Below are positions 48,664 through 58,062 of a stretch of DNA of 64,000 nt, piece after piece (position 1 is the first letter of the stretch; every line of letters starts with the position of its first letter). Where the stretch lies: the NCBI GenBank assembly GCA_038850735.1, contig JAWCLO010000008.1, positions 10,899 through 74,898 of the forward strand, read 5' to 3'. The translations under genes and the position numbers were made by a program. The notes beneath the pieces were generated by a model that saw only the letters and a list, made by a program, of their open reading frames with translations, was not told the DNA's origin and searched no databases. This stretch comes from Methanomassiliicoccales archaeon. Its GTDB lineage: Archaea; Thermoplasmatota; Thermoplasmata; Methanomassiliicoccales; JACIVX01.

Positions 48664-49233
48664 ATGGATTGCACCTGGAAAGAGGTGGCAAGAACGATGA
48701 TTGGAAAAACGTATTATTATAAAGATAAGAAAATAAGCCCCTTGCAACTCGTCATGCTGATTGCACTACGGGAGAAGCCTATGTACGGGTACGAAATTCT
48801 AAAAAGAATAAGAGAAGATTTCAAAAATCTATGGAATCCCCAGACAGGATCGATTTATCCAGCACTCAAAAGACTTGAAAATCATGGGCTAATCGAGTCG
48901 GAGGTTGCAGGAGAGACGGAATATTATAGACTGACACCTGAAGGAGAGTCCTTTATAAGCCAAACCCTTTCGAAAATTCCCTCTGATATCGAAGTCACTA
49001 TTTGTTATTTGAACATCCTTGCAAAGGCAGCCGCATCCATTAGAAATGAAACATCCAATGGAAGAATCCTTTCTTTACTCTCTGGATTTGACTTAGAGTC
49101 TGAAGATCTTATAGAAAAATTTGAAAAGCTAACTGCAATAAGAGAGGCCCTGCTCTCAAAGCTCATCAACGTCCAGGAAGAATTGGAAAACACTCGGAAA
49201 ATTCTCAAACAAACAGGGGGCGACCTTAGTTGA
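48664..49233 (+). CDS. PadR-family transcriptional regulator
   Basis: PMYGYEILKRI ... GSIYPALKRLENHGLI. Confidence 0.8.
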   Translation: MDCTWKEVARTMIGKTYYYKDKKISPLQLVMLIALREKPMYGYEILKRIREDFKNLWNPQTGSIYPALKRLENHGLIESEVAGETEYYRLTPEGESFISQTLSKIPSDIEVTICYLNILAKAAASIRNETSNGRILSLLSGFDLESEDLIEKFEKLTAIREALLSKLINVQEELENTRKILKQTGGDLS

Positions 49234-50237
49234 CATCCGTTATTGAAGTCGAAAACCTCGTTAAGATCTTCAATGGATCAGTGCGCGCAGTCGATGGTAT
49301 TAGTTTCAGTGTGGAGGAAAGTGAAATCTTTGGATTCCTCGGTCCGAACGGAGCCGGTAAAACAACTACAATTTCAATCCTCACAACACTGTTGAAACCT
49401 ACGAGTGGAAGTGCTCGCATTCTTGGCCATGATGTCTTGAAAGAGGCTTATGAAGTTAGGAAACTCATTGGTCTTGTTCCGCAGGAATTAACGGTCGATG
49501 ATGACCTAACTGGTCGCGAAAATATGTTGCTCCAGGCAGATTTATATGGCGTTCCGAAGAAGGAGGCTATCGAAAGAGTGGAAGAACTCCTTTCACTTGT
49601 GAAGCTTAAGGAAGCGGCAGACAGGCTTGTTAAGACTTATTCTGGTGGAATGAGAAAACGACTAGAACTCGCTGAAGGGTTAATTCACAGACCGTCGATT
49701 CTTTTCTTGGACGAGCCTACGCTCGGACTCGACGTTCAAACAAGAGCAGTCATATGGGATTACATCAAAGAACTCAAGAGAAATTACAATATGACGATTT
49801 TCATGACAACGCACTATCTTGAAGAGGCAGATGCATTGTGTGATCGCATTGCAATTATCGATCATGGCCGTATTATGGCGCTCGATTCTCCTGAGACCCT
49901 CAAGCGATCGATCGGTGGCGATGTTATTGAGATTAGCATAGATGGTGATCCGGAGATCAGCAATTTAATAAAGGAAGTTGATGGGGTTGTGGAGGTTAAA
50001 AAGGACGGAGAAGGTTATAGAATTAAGGCCATAAATGGAGAAAAAGTCATCCCATTACTTCTCAAATCGATAGTTGAAAGAGGATACAGCGTCGGCAAAG
50101 TGCACCTAGAACGGCCGAACCTAGACCAAGTGTTCCTTGAATACACTGGTAAGTCTCTCAGAGACTCAGAGCACTCAAGTCCTGTTGGAAGGTTCCAGCG
50201 TAGGGCTGCTGCTCTTCAAGCGAGGAGGAGAAGATAG
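49230..50237 (+). CDS. ABC transporter ATP-binding protein (DrrA/ABC-2 type)
   Basis: Walker A GPNGAGKTT, signature YSGGMRKR, Walker B ILFLDEP. Confidence 0.9.
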   Translation: MTSVIEVENLVKIFNGSVRAVDGISFSVEESEIFGFLGPNGAGKTTTISILTTLLKPTSGSARILGHDVLKEAYEVRKLIGLVPQELTVDDDLTGRENMLLQADLYGVPKKEAIERVEELLSLVKLKEAADRLVKTYSGGMRKRLELAEGLIHRPSILFLDEPTLGLDVQTRAVIWDYIKELKRNYNMTIFMTTHYLEEADALCDRIAIIDHGRIMALDSPETLKRSIGGDVIEISIDGDPEISNLIKEVDGVVEVKKDGEGYRIKAINGEKVIPLLLKSIVERGYSVGKVHLERPNLDQVFLEYTGKSLRDSEHSSPVGRFQRRAAALQARRRR

Positions 50238-51101
50238 ATGATTAACGCAAGCTTTCTCAAACAAACCTGGGCACTTACCGTAAGAGAGTTGAAACATTGG
50301 TATCGGGTGAAGATTCAGATATTTATGGCTCTACTTCAGCCAATTGTATGGCTCGGACTTTTCGGGCAGGCGTTTCAATTGAACAAGCTCTTCATGCCAA
50401 CTGATTTGCCACCAGGATCATTCCCTCAACCAGATTTATCGATCATATTTGCCGGAGCACCAGATTATTTCTCATATATGGCTGTGGGAATGTTTGCCGT
50501 GATAGTACTGTTCACATGCATGTTCGGTGGAACGTCGATAGTCTGGGATAGAAGATTCGGATTCTTAGATAAGCTTCGCGCATCGCCAATTCCAAGAGGC
50601 GTTATTCCTGTGTCGAGAATCGGCTCAACAGTTATAAGGGCAATGATCCAAATGCTCATTGTATTTCTAATTGCGCTTCTCTTCGCATACGTCCCCGGCT
50701 TGACAGGATTATCCCTTTCTCCAGATTTCATGGCTATAGACTTTGTAGGGTTGATCGTTGTAATGCTCTTGCTTGCTGTTGCTTTCGCATCGCTTTTCAT
50801 AACGATTGCCCTTGCGGTCGAAAATCAAGACACACTTTTTGCTGTGATAAATCTATTAAATTTACCTATTATGTTTGCCTCAGCAGCACTGTTCCCGACG
50901 ACACTCATGCCCGATTGGCTCAAAACTGTTGCGAACTACAATCCACTCACGCTAGCGGTTGATGCGGCAAGAATCTTTGTATTCCACAATCCAAATCCAA
51001 TATATGGCATCTGGACAGATATCGGTGGGCTGTCGGTCTTCGCTCTTGTTCTTTTGTGTATTAGTATCATAGCGTCGAGGAAGCTGCTTGGTGCTCGCTA
51101 A
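50238..51101 (+). CDS. ABC-2 type transporter permease
   Basis: Six predicted TM helices. The start abuts the ATPase stop. Confidence 0.8.
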   Translation: MINASFLKQTWALTVRELKHWYRVKIQIFMALLQPIVWLGLFGQAFQLNKLFMPTDLPPGSFPQPDLSIIFAGAPDYFSYMAVGMFAVIVLFTCMFGGTSIVWDRRFGFLDKLRASPIPRGVIPVSRIGSTVIRAMIQMLIVFLIALLFAYVPGLTGLSLSPDFMAIDFVGLIVVMLLLAVAFASLFITIALAVENQDTLFAVINLLNLPIMFASAALFPTTLMPDWLKTVANYNPLTLAVDAARIFVFHNPNPIYGIWTDIGGLSVFALVLLCISIIASRKLLGAR

Positions 51102-51244
51102 GCTTTTTCCTCTTTCTGCATTTCCAAGGATAAATCTTTGATAAGGACAGAGATTTGTGAATGTCAAGATGTACCGGCAGGCTACAAAAAATTCCAGACT
51201 TATTGTTTAAAGGACAATAGATAAGAAACGTCATTCCCAACTCT

Positions 51245-52249
51245 TTGGATCATATCAAGAGTGGAATGACAAATTTTATCAACGATAATCATATTGGAGG
51301 CTCGGGCTTTAGAATGAGACTGTGGGACTTTGGACGACTAAAAGGATCAAAAATAAAGATTAGTGAAAAAATAGGTCAACCATTAGGACTTGTTAATGGG
51401 AGCCAGGTTTTCAGCTCAATGTTCAGGTATGATTATAATGGCAGAACTAGCTACGAAATTGTCCTTTCAACATTTGGACCAGAGAATTACCGCGAGATAT
51501 GTGATGCAACATTCTATATGCTAGACGTCCCAGGCGCTTGTGCTCAGATTGCAAAATTCTTGGGAGATCGCAACATCGATATTCTAAACTCAGTTTCACT
51601 TAGCGTAATTTCAAATGTATGTATGATGTGGAAAATGCTAGTCGATCTTAGCTATTACGGAAGCTATGAAACGCTCCTGGAAGAATTCTCAAGGTTGAAA
51701 CAAGAAGGGTCGCCACTCATAGACAAAGTTGAGGCAATGGAGATCAAACCATCCCATATAAGCGATCGATATACAAAAGGTGTCGTTCCATCGAACACAT
51801 CGGTTAGGACGCGAACAATGAGAAAAATCCACAGGACACCTTCAATCATCCGCAATGGGGAATTTGAAATTCCATCAGAATATTTGAGAATGATTGAAGG
51901 CATATCCGATGGTCAAGTCGTGATGATGGTGGGAGATACGGATGCTTGGGTTCTTTCGATCACATTTCTCAACCCTGAAACAACTCTTGCTGAAATCGAT
52001 TTCATAATACCAGATAAGCCTGGGGCTATATATGAAGTCACTAGTATACTAGCAAAATACAATATAAATTTGGTTTCAGTTTATACCAAGGTCCTCGTTT
52101 ACTACGATACAATGACGCTTGAACTTGTGGGGGACATGACAAAATCAGGCACAGATTTAGAGGATCTAAGAAAAGTTCTAGTTGAAAGGATCTCAGCACT
52201 CAAGGGAAAGTATGAATTAGTAAAAATAAAAAAAATCGAGATACCATAA
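51245..52249 (+). CDS. Hypothetical protein with two ACT-like domains
   Basis: YMLDVPGACAQIAKFLGDRNIDIL and IIPDKPGAIYEVTSILAKYNINLV resemble ACT beta-alpha starts. The true start is uncertain. Confidence 0.45.
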   Translation: MDHIKSGMTNFINDNHIGGSGFRMRLWDFGRLKGSKIKISEKIGQPLGLVNGSQVFSSMFRYDYNGRTSYEIVLSTFGPENYREICDATFYMLDVPGACAQIAKFLGDRNIDILNSVSLSVISNVCMMWKMLVDLSYYGSYETLLEEFSRLKQEGSPLIDKVEAMEIKPSHISDRYTKGVVPSNTSVRTRTMRKIHRTPSIIRNGEFEIPSEYLRMIEGISDGQVVMMVGDTDAWVLSITFLNPETTLAEIDFIIPDKPGAIYEVTSILAKYNINLVSVYTKVLVYYDTMTLELVGDMTKSGTDLEDLRKVLVERISALKGKYELVKIKKIEIP

Positions 52250-52999
52250 CATCTGTTTAGTTCTTAACCATCCTCGGATGCTGGACATGATTGCCGAAAT
52301 GCAAATCAGGTATGAATTCCTTGGTAGCGATCGAGATTGCAAAAGCAACTGCAGCATCGTGATACCATTGAGATTTGGACATGACTTAAAGCTAATTTTT
52401 TCAGGAATACCTTGAGACGATGATCGAAGATTATATTCGTTAATCAACGATTTTCATTCTTAATGGTATAAAACTATATACCAGTAAGTATTTTCCGAGT
52501 TAAATTTGAACTAGACAAGGGGTATTGGATTTGACCAGCATCTCAGTCTCTTTGCGCGATAAGGACTACAACTTTCCAATTTCAAATCGGATGAGTTCAC
52601 CACAAACTGCTGCGGAGCGCGTGCTAGAATGCGGCCTGAGATTGGTCATATTTCGACACACGTCGAGAAAGAAGCGAGAAGAGAATCCCAAAAGATGCAG
52701 TAATTCCACAGTATGAAAAACTCAAGAGTGAAGCGCATGGTTCAAATAGAAAGTAAAAAGAAATACCCGCATTTGCGCCGGACTGGTTTATTTTCTTATT
52801 TTAAATACTTCATCCTAAATATGGCATATTGTATGCGTAATTCCCGCAAACCATGGCTCATTTCTAAACGACTTTTTCAAAGAATCAATGGTGATGCGTT
52901 TCCATGTTACAAGATCAAGCATCTGACAGTTTCGATGCTTGAAGAGGGATTGAAATTCAATCCCTTAATGAAAAATCAAATAATTTACGAGGGAGGATA

Positions 53000-53005
53000 G
53001 GAGGG
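53000..53005 (+). promoter_or_regulatory. Shine-Dalgarno-like site for the CODH-ACS fusion gene
   Basis: GGAGGG lies 7 nt upstream of the ATG at 53013. A second GGAGG is at 52992-52996. Confidence 0.5.
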
Positions 53006-53012
53006 TAAAAAT

Positions 53013-56000
53013 ATGGAATCAAATGTGAGAACCTGCCCAACAAAAACGTACGACACGACTGCGCAACAGATAATATCCATCGCATCTGAAGTGAAAATTG
53101 AAACGATTTGGGATCGCTACGAAACACAGCTACCCCAGTGTGGCTTTGGAGAATTGGGTATATGCTGTCGCAACTGCTTACAAGGACCGTGTAGAATCGA
53201 TCCATTTGGGGGAGAGCCGAACAAAGGGATTTGTGGAGCAAGAGATTATACCATTGTCGCGAGAAACATTATTAGAAACATTGCAGGCGGTGCTGCCGCG
53301 CATTCCGGTCACGGGAGACACATAGCGGAAACGATGCTGAAAGCGCTTGAGGGGAAGGCGCCAGCCTATAGAATAAAGGATCACGATAAGCTTAGACGTG
53401 TGGCTAGGAGACTTGGCCTTGACGCCGATACGCCTGATGTAAATGGGCTGGCGAAAAGAGTCGTAATTGAAGCGTTAGAAGATTATTCAAGATATGAGAG
53501 AAAACCACTTACGTTTACGACAACAACCATCACTAAAGCCAGGACGAAACTATTCGAAGAAAAAGGTGTCATGCCCGATAACATTGACCATGCCATTTCA
53601 GACGTAATGCATCGCACCACGCTTGGTTGCGATGCCGATCCTGTGCCGATACTCTTTGGCGGCATAAAATGTGCGATAGCTGACTACAATGGTATGCAGA
53701 TATCAACAGATTTATCTGACATACTTTTTGGGACGCCGAGATTAGTTCGCACATACGCTAACCTTGGAGCATTGAAACCGGATGCTGTAAACATCGCAGT
53801 ACACGGACACAACCCAGTGCTGAGTGATATTATTGTTGACATTGCAAGGGAAATGGAGAATGAGGCGAGAGCGGCCGGCGCAACTGGCATAAATATTGTC
53901 GGTATATGTTGCACGGGAAATGAAACTCTGATGAGAAAAGGAGTTGCAATGGCTTCGAATTTTGCATCGCAGGAGCTTGTGCTGGCAACAGGTGTCGTCG
54001 ACCTTATGGTAGTTGACTATCAATGCGTCATGCCATCCGTGGCAGAGATTTGTTCGTGCCTGCACACCGAGATGATCACGACAATGCCTAATGTCCATAT
54101 ACCTTACGCAACTCATGTTCAATTCCGAGAAGAGGACGCTGAAAAGAGCGCAAAAACGATTATTCAGATGGCAATCGAAGCATTTAAGAAGAGGGATAAA
54201 ACAAAAGCTCATGTTCCAGAGGTCAAATTTGAAGTGATTGCGGGATTCAGTCTCGAGCAAATTGAAGAGTTATGCGCTAAATTCTATCCTGATGATCCAC
54301 TGATGTATATTGTCGAGAGTATTAGGAGTGGAATTATCAGAGGCATAGCTCTTATGGCTGGATGCAATAACCAGAAGGCTATACAAGATTACAACCATAT
54401 TACAATCGCAAAGACCCTAATCAAGAACAATGTGCTTGTTCTTGCAACTGGATGCTCCGCCGGCGCTTTCGCTAAGCAGGGACTTCTCTCATCCGAGGCT
54501 ACAGAGAAGTATGCTGGTGAAGGTCTGAGAAAATTCCTTAAGGAACTTGGCGAAAAGAATGGCGTGCAATTGCCCCCTATATGGCACATGGGTTCGTGTG
54601 TTGACAACACTAGATCTGCGAATTTCGCTACAGCACTAGCTGAGAGGTTTGGCGTAGATGTTCACCAGATTCCATTTGTTGCAAGTGCACCAGAAGCCAA
54701 TCACGAGAAAGCTGTCTCGATAGGAACTTGGGCAGTGGCCCTTGGTCTTCCAGTACACGTCGGAACCATAAATTACATTTATGGATCCTCTCTCGTCACG
54801 GAAGTCCTAGAAAACACAGCTAGAGATGTGTACGGGGGTTACTTTATCTTTGAAAGAGATCCGTTCAAGGCCGCTAAGAAACTTCTTAATACAATCGAAT
54901 ATAGGCGATGGATACTTGATCTCGATCACAATTATGTTGTTGAGAGCGGGAACCCCATAAGCCAGAAGAGACTTTATGAAATGGCCATAGAGGGTGCGAT
55001 TATTGCAACAGGATACGCAGACCAGCTCCTTAGCGTTGCAATCGAGAAGTATGGATACGATCAGAAAATAGAATATCCTGACACGGGATATGAGTTGCCA
55101 TCTATTTACGCTTGGGATGGAAGAGAGGTCAAGAAGTTGGGTGATATCCCACCAATTCTTGGAAAAGTTCGAAGCAAGATCAGAGAGGAGCCAACATTAG
55201 AAAACGCGCTGATTGCTGGTGAGGCTACAATGATTGCAGCCGAGATCGTTGAGGCCTTGAAATATATAGACACTGATAAGCCATACGAAGGAACACTCTA
55301 TTGTGGCTTCGTGCCCGACAGGACGTTAAGGGAATTGGGTATCGCATTCGTAGATGATACCATTCCTGGTTGTGCCGTGCTCGTCGGATGTGCAAAGGAT
55401 TCGAAAGAGCTTGCTAAGATCGTAAGAGATTGCCAAAGTAAGGGGATGTTGATCATTGCAACTTTTGATACTATAAGACAGTTGAAAGACGAGAACATTA
55501 AGATGGGGCTCGACCGAATGCTATACCCAGTGGGAGAGTTTACCCAAGCGATACACGGACTTAATTTTGCCATAAGGGCAGCGCTTTCGTTTGGTGGAAT
55601 AAAAAGAGGAGACAGGGAAAATCTTTACAAATATTTGTCAAAGAGACCAAAGGTCTTCGTTCTGCAAATGGGGCCAATTGACCACATCAAGGCAGCTGCA
55701 GAATTTGCGGTGCTATTTAATGGATCGCCAACAATCACAGATCAAGAAATAGAACAAATCCCGGACAAATATGTTGTCCAGAAAGACTACAACAAGATGA
55801 TCCAGACAGCAATTGAAATTAGAGGAATTAAGGTAAAGCTTGCACCTGTGAACATTCCGGTTGCCTATGGGCCAGCCTTTGAAGGCGAAACCGTAAGACG
55901 GCCAGATACATACATCGAAGCTGGTGGCGCAGCGAAGACACTTGCCTTTGAATTGCTGAAAATGCGCAATGAAGACGAAGTTGAAGATGGCAAAATTACA

Positions 56001-57089
56001 GTTATTGGAAAAGATGTTGATGAGATGGAGGAAGGGGGCAAAACACCTCTTGCAATCATTGTTGAGGTCTACGGTAAGAAGATGCAAGAGGATTTCGAGG
56101 CCGTGCTCGAGAGGCGAATACATCAGTTCATTAACTTTGCTGAAGGAGCGTGGCATACGGGACAGAGAAATATCCTTTGGATCCGATTGAGCAAGAGTGC
56201 AGTTAAGGCGGGTCTAAGATTCAAACACTTTGGGGATATTCTTATTACAAAGATGAAGGAAGAATTCGGTAGCATCATAAGTCGCGTACAAGTGACGATA
56301 ATCACAGATGAGCAAGAAATTAGAAAACGACTTCCAGAGGCCCTCGAAACTTATGCAAAGAGAGATGCGAGAATGGCAGGACTTACTGACGAAACCGTTG
56401 ATACCTTCTACAGTTGCACGCTATGCCAATCTTTTGCACCGGATCATGTATGTGTAATTACACCTGAGCGACTTGGTCTCTGCGGTGCAATAAACTGGCT
56501 CGATGCCAAAGCAAGTAATGAAATAGCTCCGACTGGACCAAATCAGCCGATTCCCAAGGGTCAAACGATTGATTCCGTCAAAGGTTCATGGGTTGGTGTA
56601 AATAGTGCGGTATTTGAATTTAGTCATCACAAGATTGAAAGATTCAACGCGTACACGATGATGGAAGACCCGATGACCAGCTGCGGATGCTTCGAATGTA
56701 TAGTTGCAATGACTGCTGATATGCAAGCAGTTATTGTGGTGAACAGAGAATACCCAGGCATGACGCCCATCGGAATGAAGTTTTCTACGTTAGCAGGGTC
56801 CGTTGGCGGAGGTAAGCAGACGCCAGGATTTATCGGAGTGGGCAGAAAATACCTAGTGAGTAAGAAGTTTATTTCTGCAGATGGGGGGTTCTTTAGAATA
56901 GCATGGATGCCAAAAGATCTGAAAGAGGCAATGAGAGACGATCTCAAGAGAAGAAGCGAAGAACTTGGAATGCCAGATTTTGTAGAAAAAATCGCTGACG
57001 AGACTGTTTGCACTGACGCTGAGGGACTGATGGAATGGATGGTTAAGGTAGATCACCCAGCATTGAAGATGCCACCATTGTTGCAATAA
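53013..57089 (+). CDS. acsAB: Fused Ni-CO dehydrogenase (CooS/AcsA-like, aa 1 to about 635) and bacterial-type acetyl-CoA synthase (AcsB-like, aa about 650-1358)
   Basis: CODH half: B/D-cluster Cys (CGFGELGICCRNCLQGPC, GICGA) and C-cluster ligand contexts (VHGHNP, GICCTG, DYQCVM, MAGCNN, ATGCSAG, MGSCVDN). ACS half: YPDTGYELP, CQSFAPDHVC, PERLGLCG, SCGCFE. One uninterrupted ORF. Confidence 0.85.
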   Translation: MESNVRTCPTKTYDTTAQQIISIASEVKIETIWDRYETQLPQCGFGELGICCRNCLQGPCRIDPFGGEPNKGICGARDYTIVARNIIRNIAGGAAAHSGHGRHIAETMLKALEGKAPAYRIKDHDKLRRVARRLGLDADTPDVNGLAKRVVIEALEDYSRYERKPLTFTTTTITKARTKLFEEKGVMPDNIDHAISDVMHRTTLGCDADPVPILFGGIKCAIADYNGMQISTDLSDILFGTPRLVRTYANLGALKPDAVNIAVHGHNPVLSDIIVDIAREMENEARAAGATGINIVGICCTGNETLMRKGVAMASNFASQELVLATGVVDLMVVDYQCVMPSVAEICSCLHTEMITTMPNVHIPYATHVQFREEDAEKSAKTIIQMAIEAFKKRDKTKAHVPEVKFEVIAGFSLEQIEELCAKFYPDDPLMYIVESIRSGIIRGIALMAGCNNQKAIQDYNHITIAKTLIKNNVLVLATGCSAGAFAKQGLLSSEATEKYAGEGLRKFLKELGEKNGVQLPPIWHMGSCVDNTRSANFATALAERFGVDVHQIPFVASAPEANHEKAVSIGTWAVALGLPVHVGTINYIYGSSLVTEVLENTARDVYGGYFIFERDPFKAAKKLLNTIEYRRWILDLDHNYVVESGNPISQKRLYEMAIEGAIIATGYADQLLSVAIEKYGYDQKIEYPDTGYELPSIYAWDGREVKKLGDIPPILGKVRSKIREEPTLENALIAGEATMIAAEIVEALKYIDTDKPYEGTLYCGFVPDRTLRELGIAFVDDTIPGCAVLVGCAKDSKELAKIVRDCQSKGMLIIATFDTIRQLKDENIKMGLDRMLYPVGEFTQAIHGLNFAIRAALSFGGIKRGDRENLYKYLSKRPKVFVLQMGPIDHIKAAAEFAVLFNGSPTITDQEIEQIPDKYVVQKDYNKMIQTAIEIRGIKVKLAPVNIPVAYGPAFEGETVRRPDTYIEAGGAAKTLAFELLKMRNEDEVEDGKITVIGKDVDEMEEGGKTPLAIIVEVYGKKMQEDFEAVLERRIHQFINFAEGAWHTGQRNILWIRLSKSAVKAGLRFKHFGDILITKMKEEFGSIISRVQVTIITDEQEIRKRLPEALETYAKRDARMAGLTDETVDTFYSCTLCQSFAPDHVCVITPERLGLCGAINWLDAKASNEIAPTGPNQPIPKGQTIDSVKGSWVGVNSAVFEFSHHKIERFNAYTMMEDPMTSCGCFECIVAMTADMQAVIVVNREYPGMTPIGMKFSTLAGSVGGGKQTPGFIGVGRKYLVSKKFISADGGFFRIAWMPKDLKEAMRDDLKRRSEELGMPDFVEKIADETVCTDAEGLMEWMVKVDHPALKMPPLLQ

Positions 57090-57104
57090 ATAGGAGGAAC
57101 GAAT

Positions 57105-58061
57105 ATGGTTGAAGTACCAATTCCAAAGGAAAAATGGACTGGAAAAATTGGAACTACTGTGATAGGGGCTGTAGCAGAAGAGGGGGGCACGAGGGCAAAG
57201 AAAGTGGTTATCGGGGGGCAATCCTGCATGCCTTTTCTCTCCTTTGAGGCGCCGATCCTTAATAGACCAGCAATTGCTGGTGAGGTTGTCGACACATTAA
57301 GAGACTACCCACCACTGGCAAGAAAAGCATTTGGCGATGTAGTCGAAGACCCAGTTCAATGGGCAAAAGCCTGGGTTGAGAAATACGGAGTTGATCTAAT
57401 CTGCCTGAAACTCTATTCGACAAATCCTGAAGAAGAAAACAAGTCTCCACAGGAGGCAGCTGATCTCGTCCGAAAGATCTTAGCCGCAGTGCCTGTACCC
57501 CTCGTTGTATATGGATGTGGGCACGAAGAGAAGGATGCAAAGGTTATGGAAGCAGTTAGTAACGCTGGTTCCAAAGAAAGACTTCTGCTCGGCCATGCAG
57601 AAGAGAGTGCATACAAGTCGATAGCTGCTGCATCCATGGCGAACAACCACGCATTGATAGCGTTCTCCAATCTAGATATCAACCTTGCCAAGCAAATAAA
57701 CATACTCCTTACAGACTTTGGCGTCAGGAAAGAGAACATTGTAGCAGATCCACTAATGGCTAGTTTAGGAATGGGGCTTGAATATTCATATTCCGTGAAC
57801 GAGCGTATAAGGCTGGCAGCTTTGATGGGGGACAGCATGCTTCAAGTGCCGATGGTCTGCGATACTACAATCGCTTGGAAGGCAAGGGAAGCGACGGAAG
57901 AGAACGAGTCACTCGGGGATATAGAGGTGAGGGCTGCGTGGTGGGAAGCAACAACTGGTCTCGCTGCACTAATATCAGGTGCAGATATGCTTATTATGAG
58001 AAGTCCAAAGGCTGTCCAGATCATTAAGAAAGCGATCAACGAGCTATTAGGAGGTGCATAA
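57105..58061 (+). CDS. acsD: Corrinoid iron-sulfur protein small subunit (AcsD-type)
   Basis: 318 aa, TIM-barrel-type CFeSP small subunit. The N-terminus (IPKEKWTGKI ... VIGG) resembles AcsD. AGGAGG RBS. Confidence 0.8.
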   Translation: MVEVPIPKEKWTGKIGTTVIGAVAEEGGTRAKKVVIGGQSCMPFLSFEAPILNRPAIAGEVVDTLRDYPPLARKAFGDVVEDPVQWAKAWVEKYGVDLICLKLYSTNPEEENKSPQEAADLVRKILAAVPVPLVVYGCGHEEKDAKVMEAVSNAGSKERLLLGHAEESAYKSIAAASMANNHALIAFSNLDINLAKQINILLTDFGVRKENIVADPLMASLGMGLEYSYSVNERIRLAALMGDSMLQVPMVCDTTIAWKAREATEENESLGDIEVRAAWWEATTGLAALISGADMLIMRSPKAVQIIKKAINELLGGA

Positions 58062-58062
58062 A

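Noticed and set aside
52525-53000. Two consecutive + strand ORFs (63 aa with a TTG start, and 95 aa) upstream of the CODH-ACS gene.
   Set aside because: Both are highly basic with odd composition, have no motifs or RBS, and one needs a non-ATG start. They are treated as non-coding leader, noted in the findings.
53742-54260. 172-aa - strand ORF, along with other - strand ORFs at 55713-56156, 56627-57013 and 56853-57221.
   Set aside because: All are antisense to the strongly supported CODH-ACS gene and have no motifs. They are typical shadow ORFs in a long gene.
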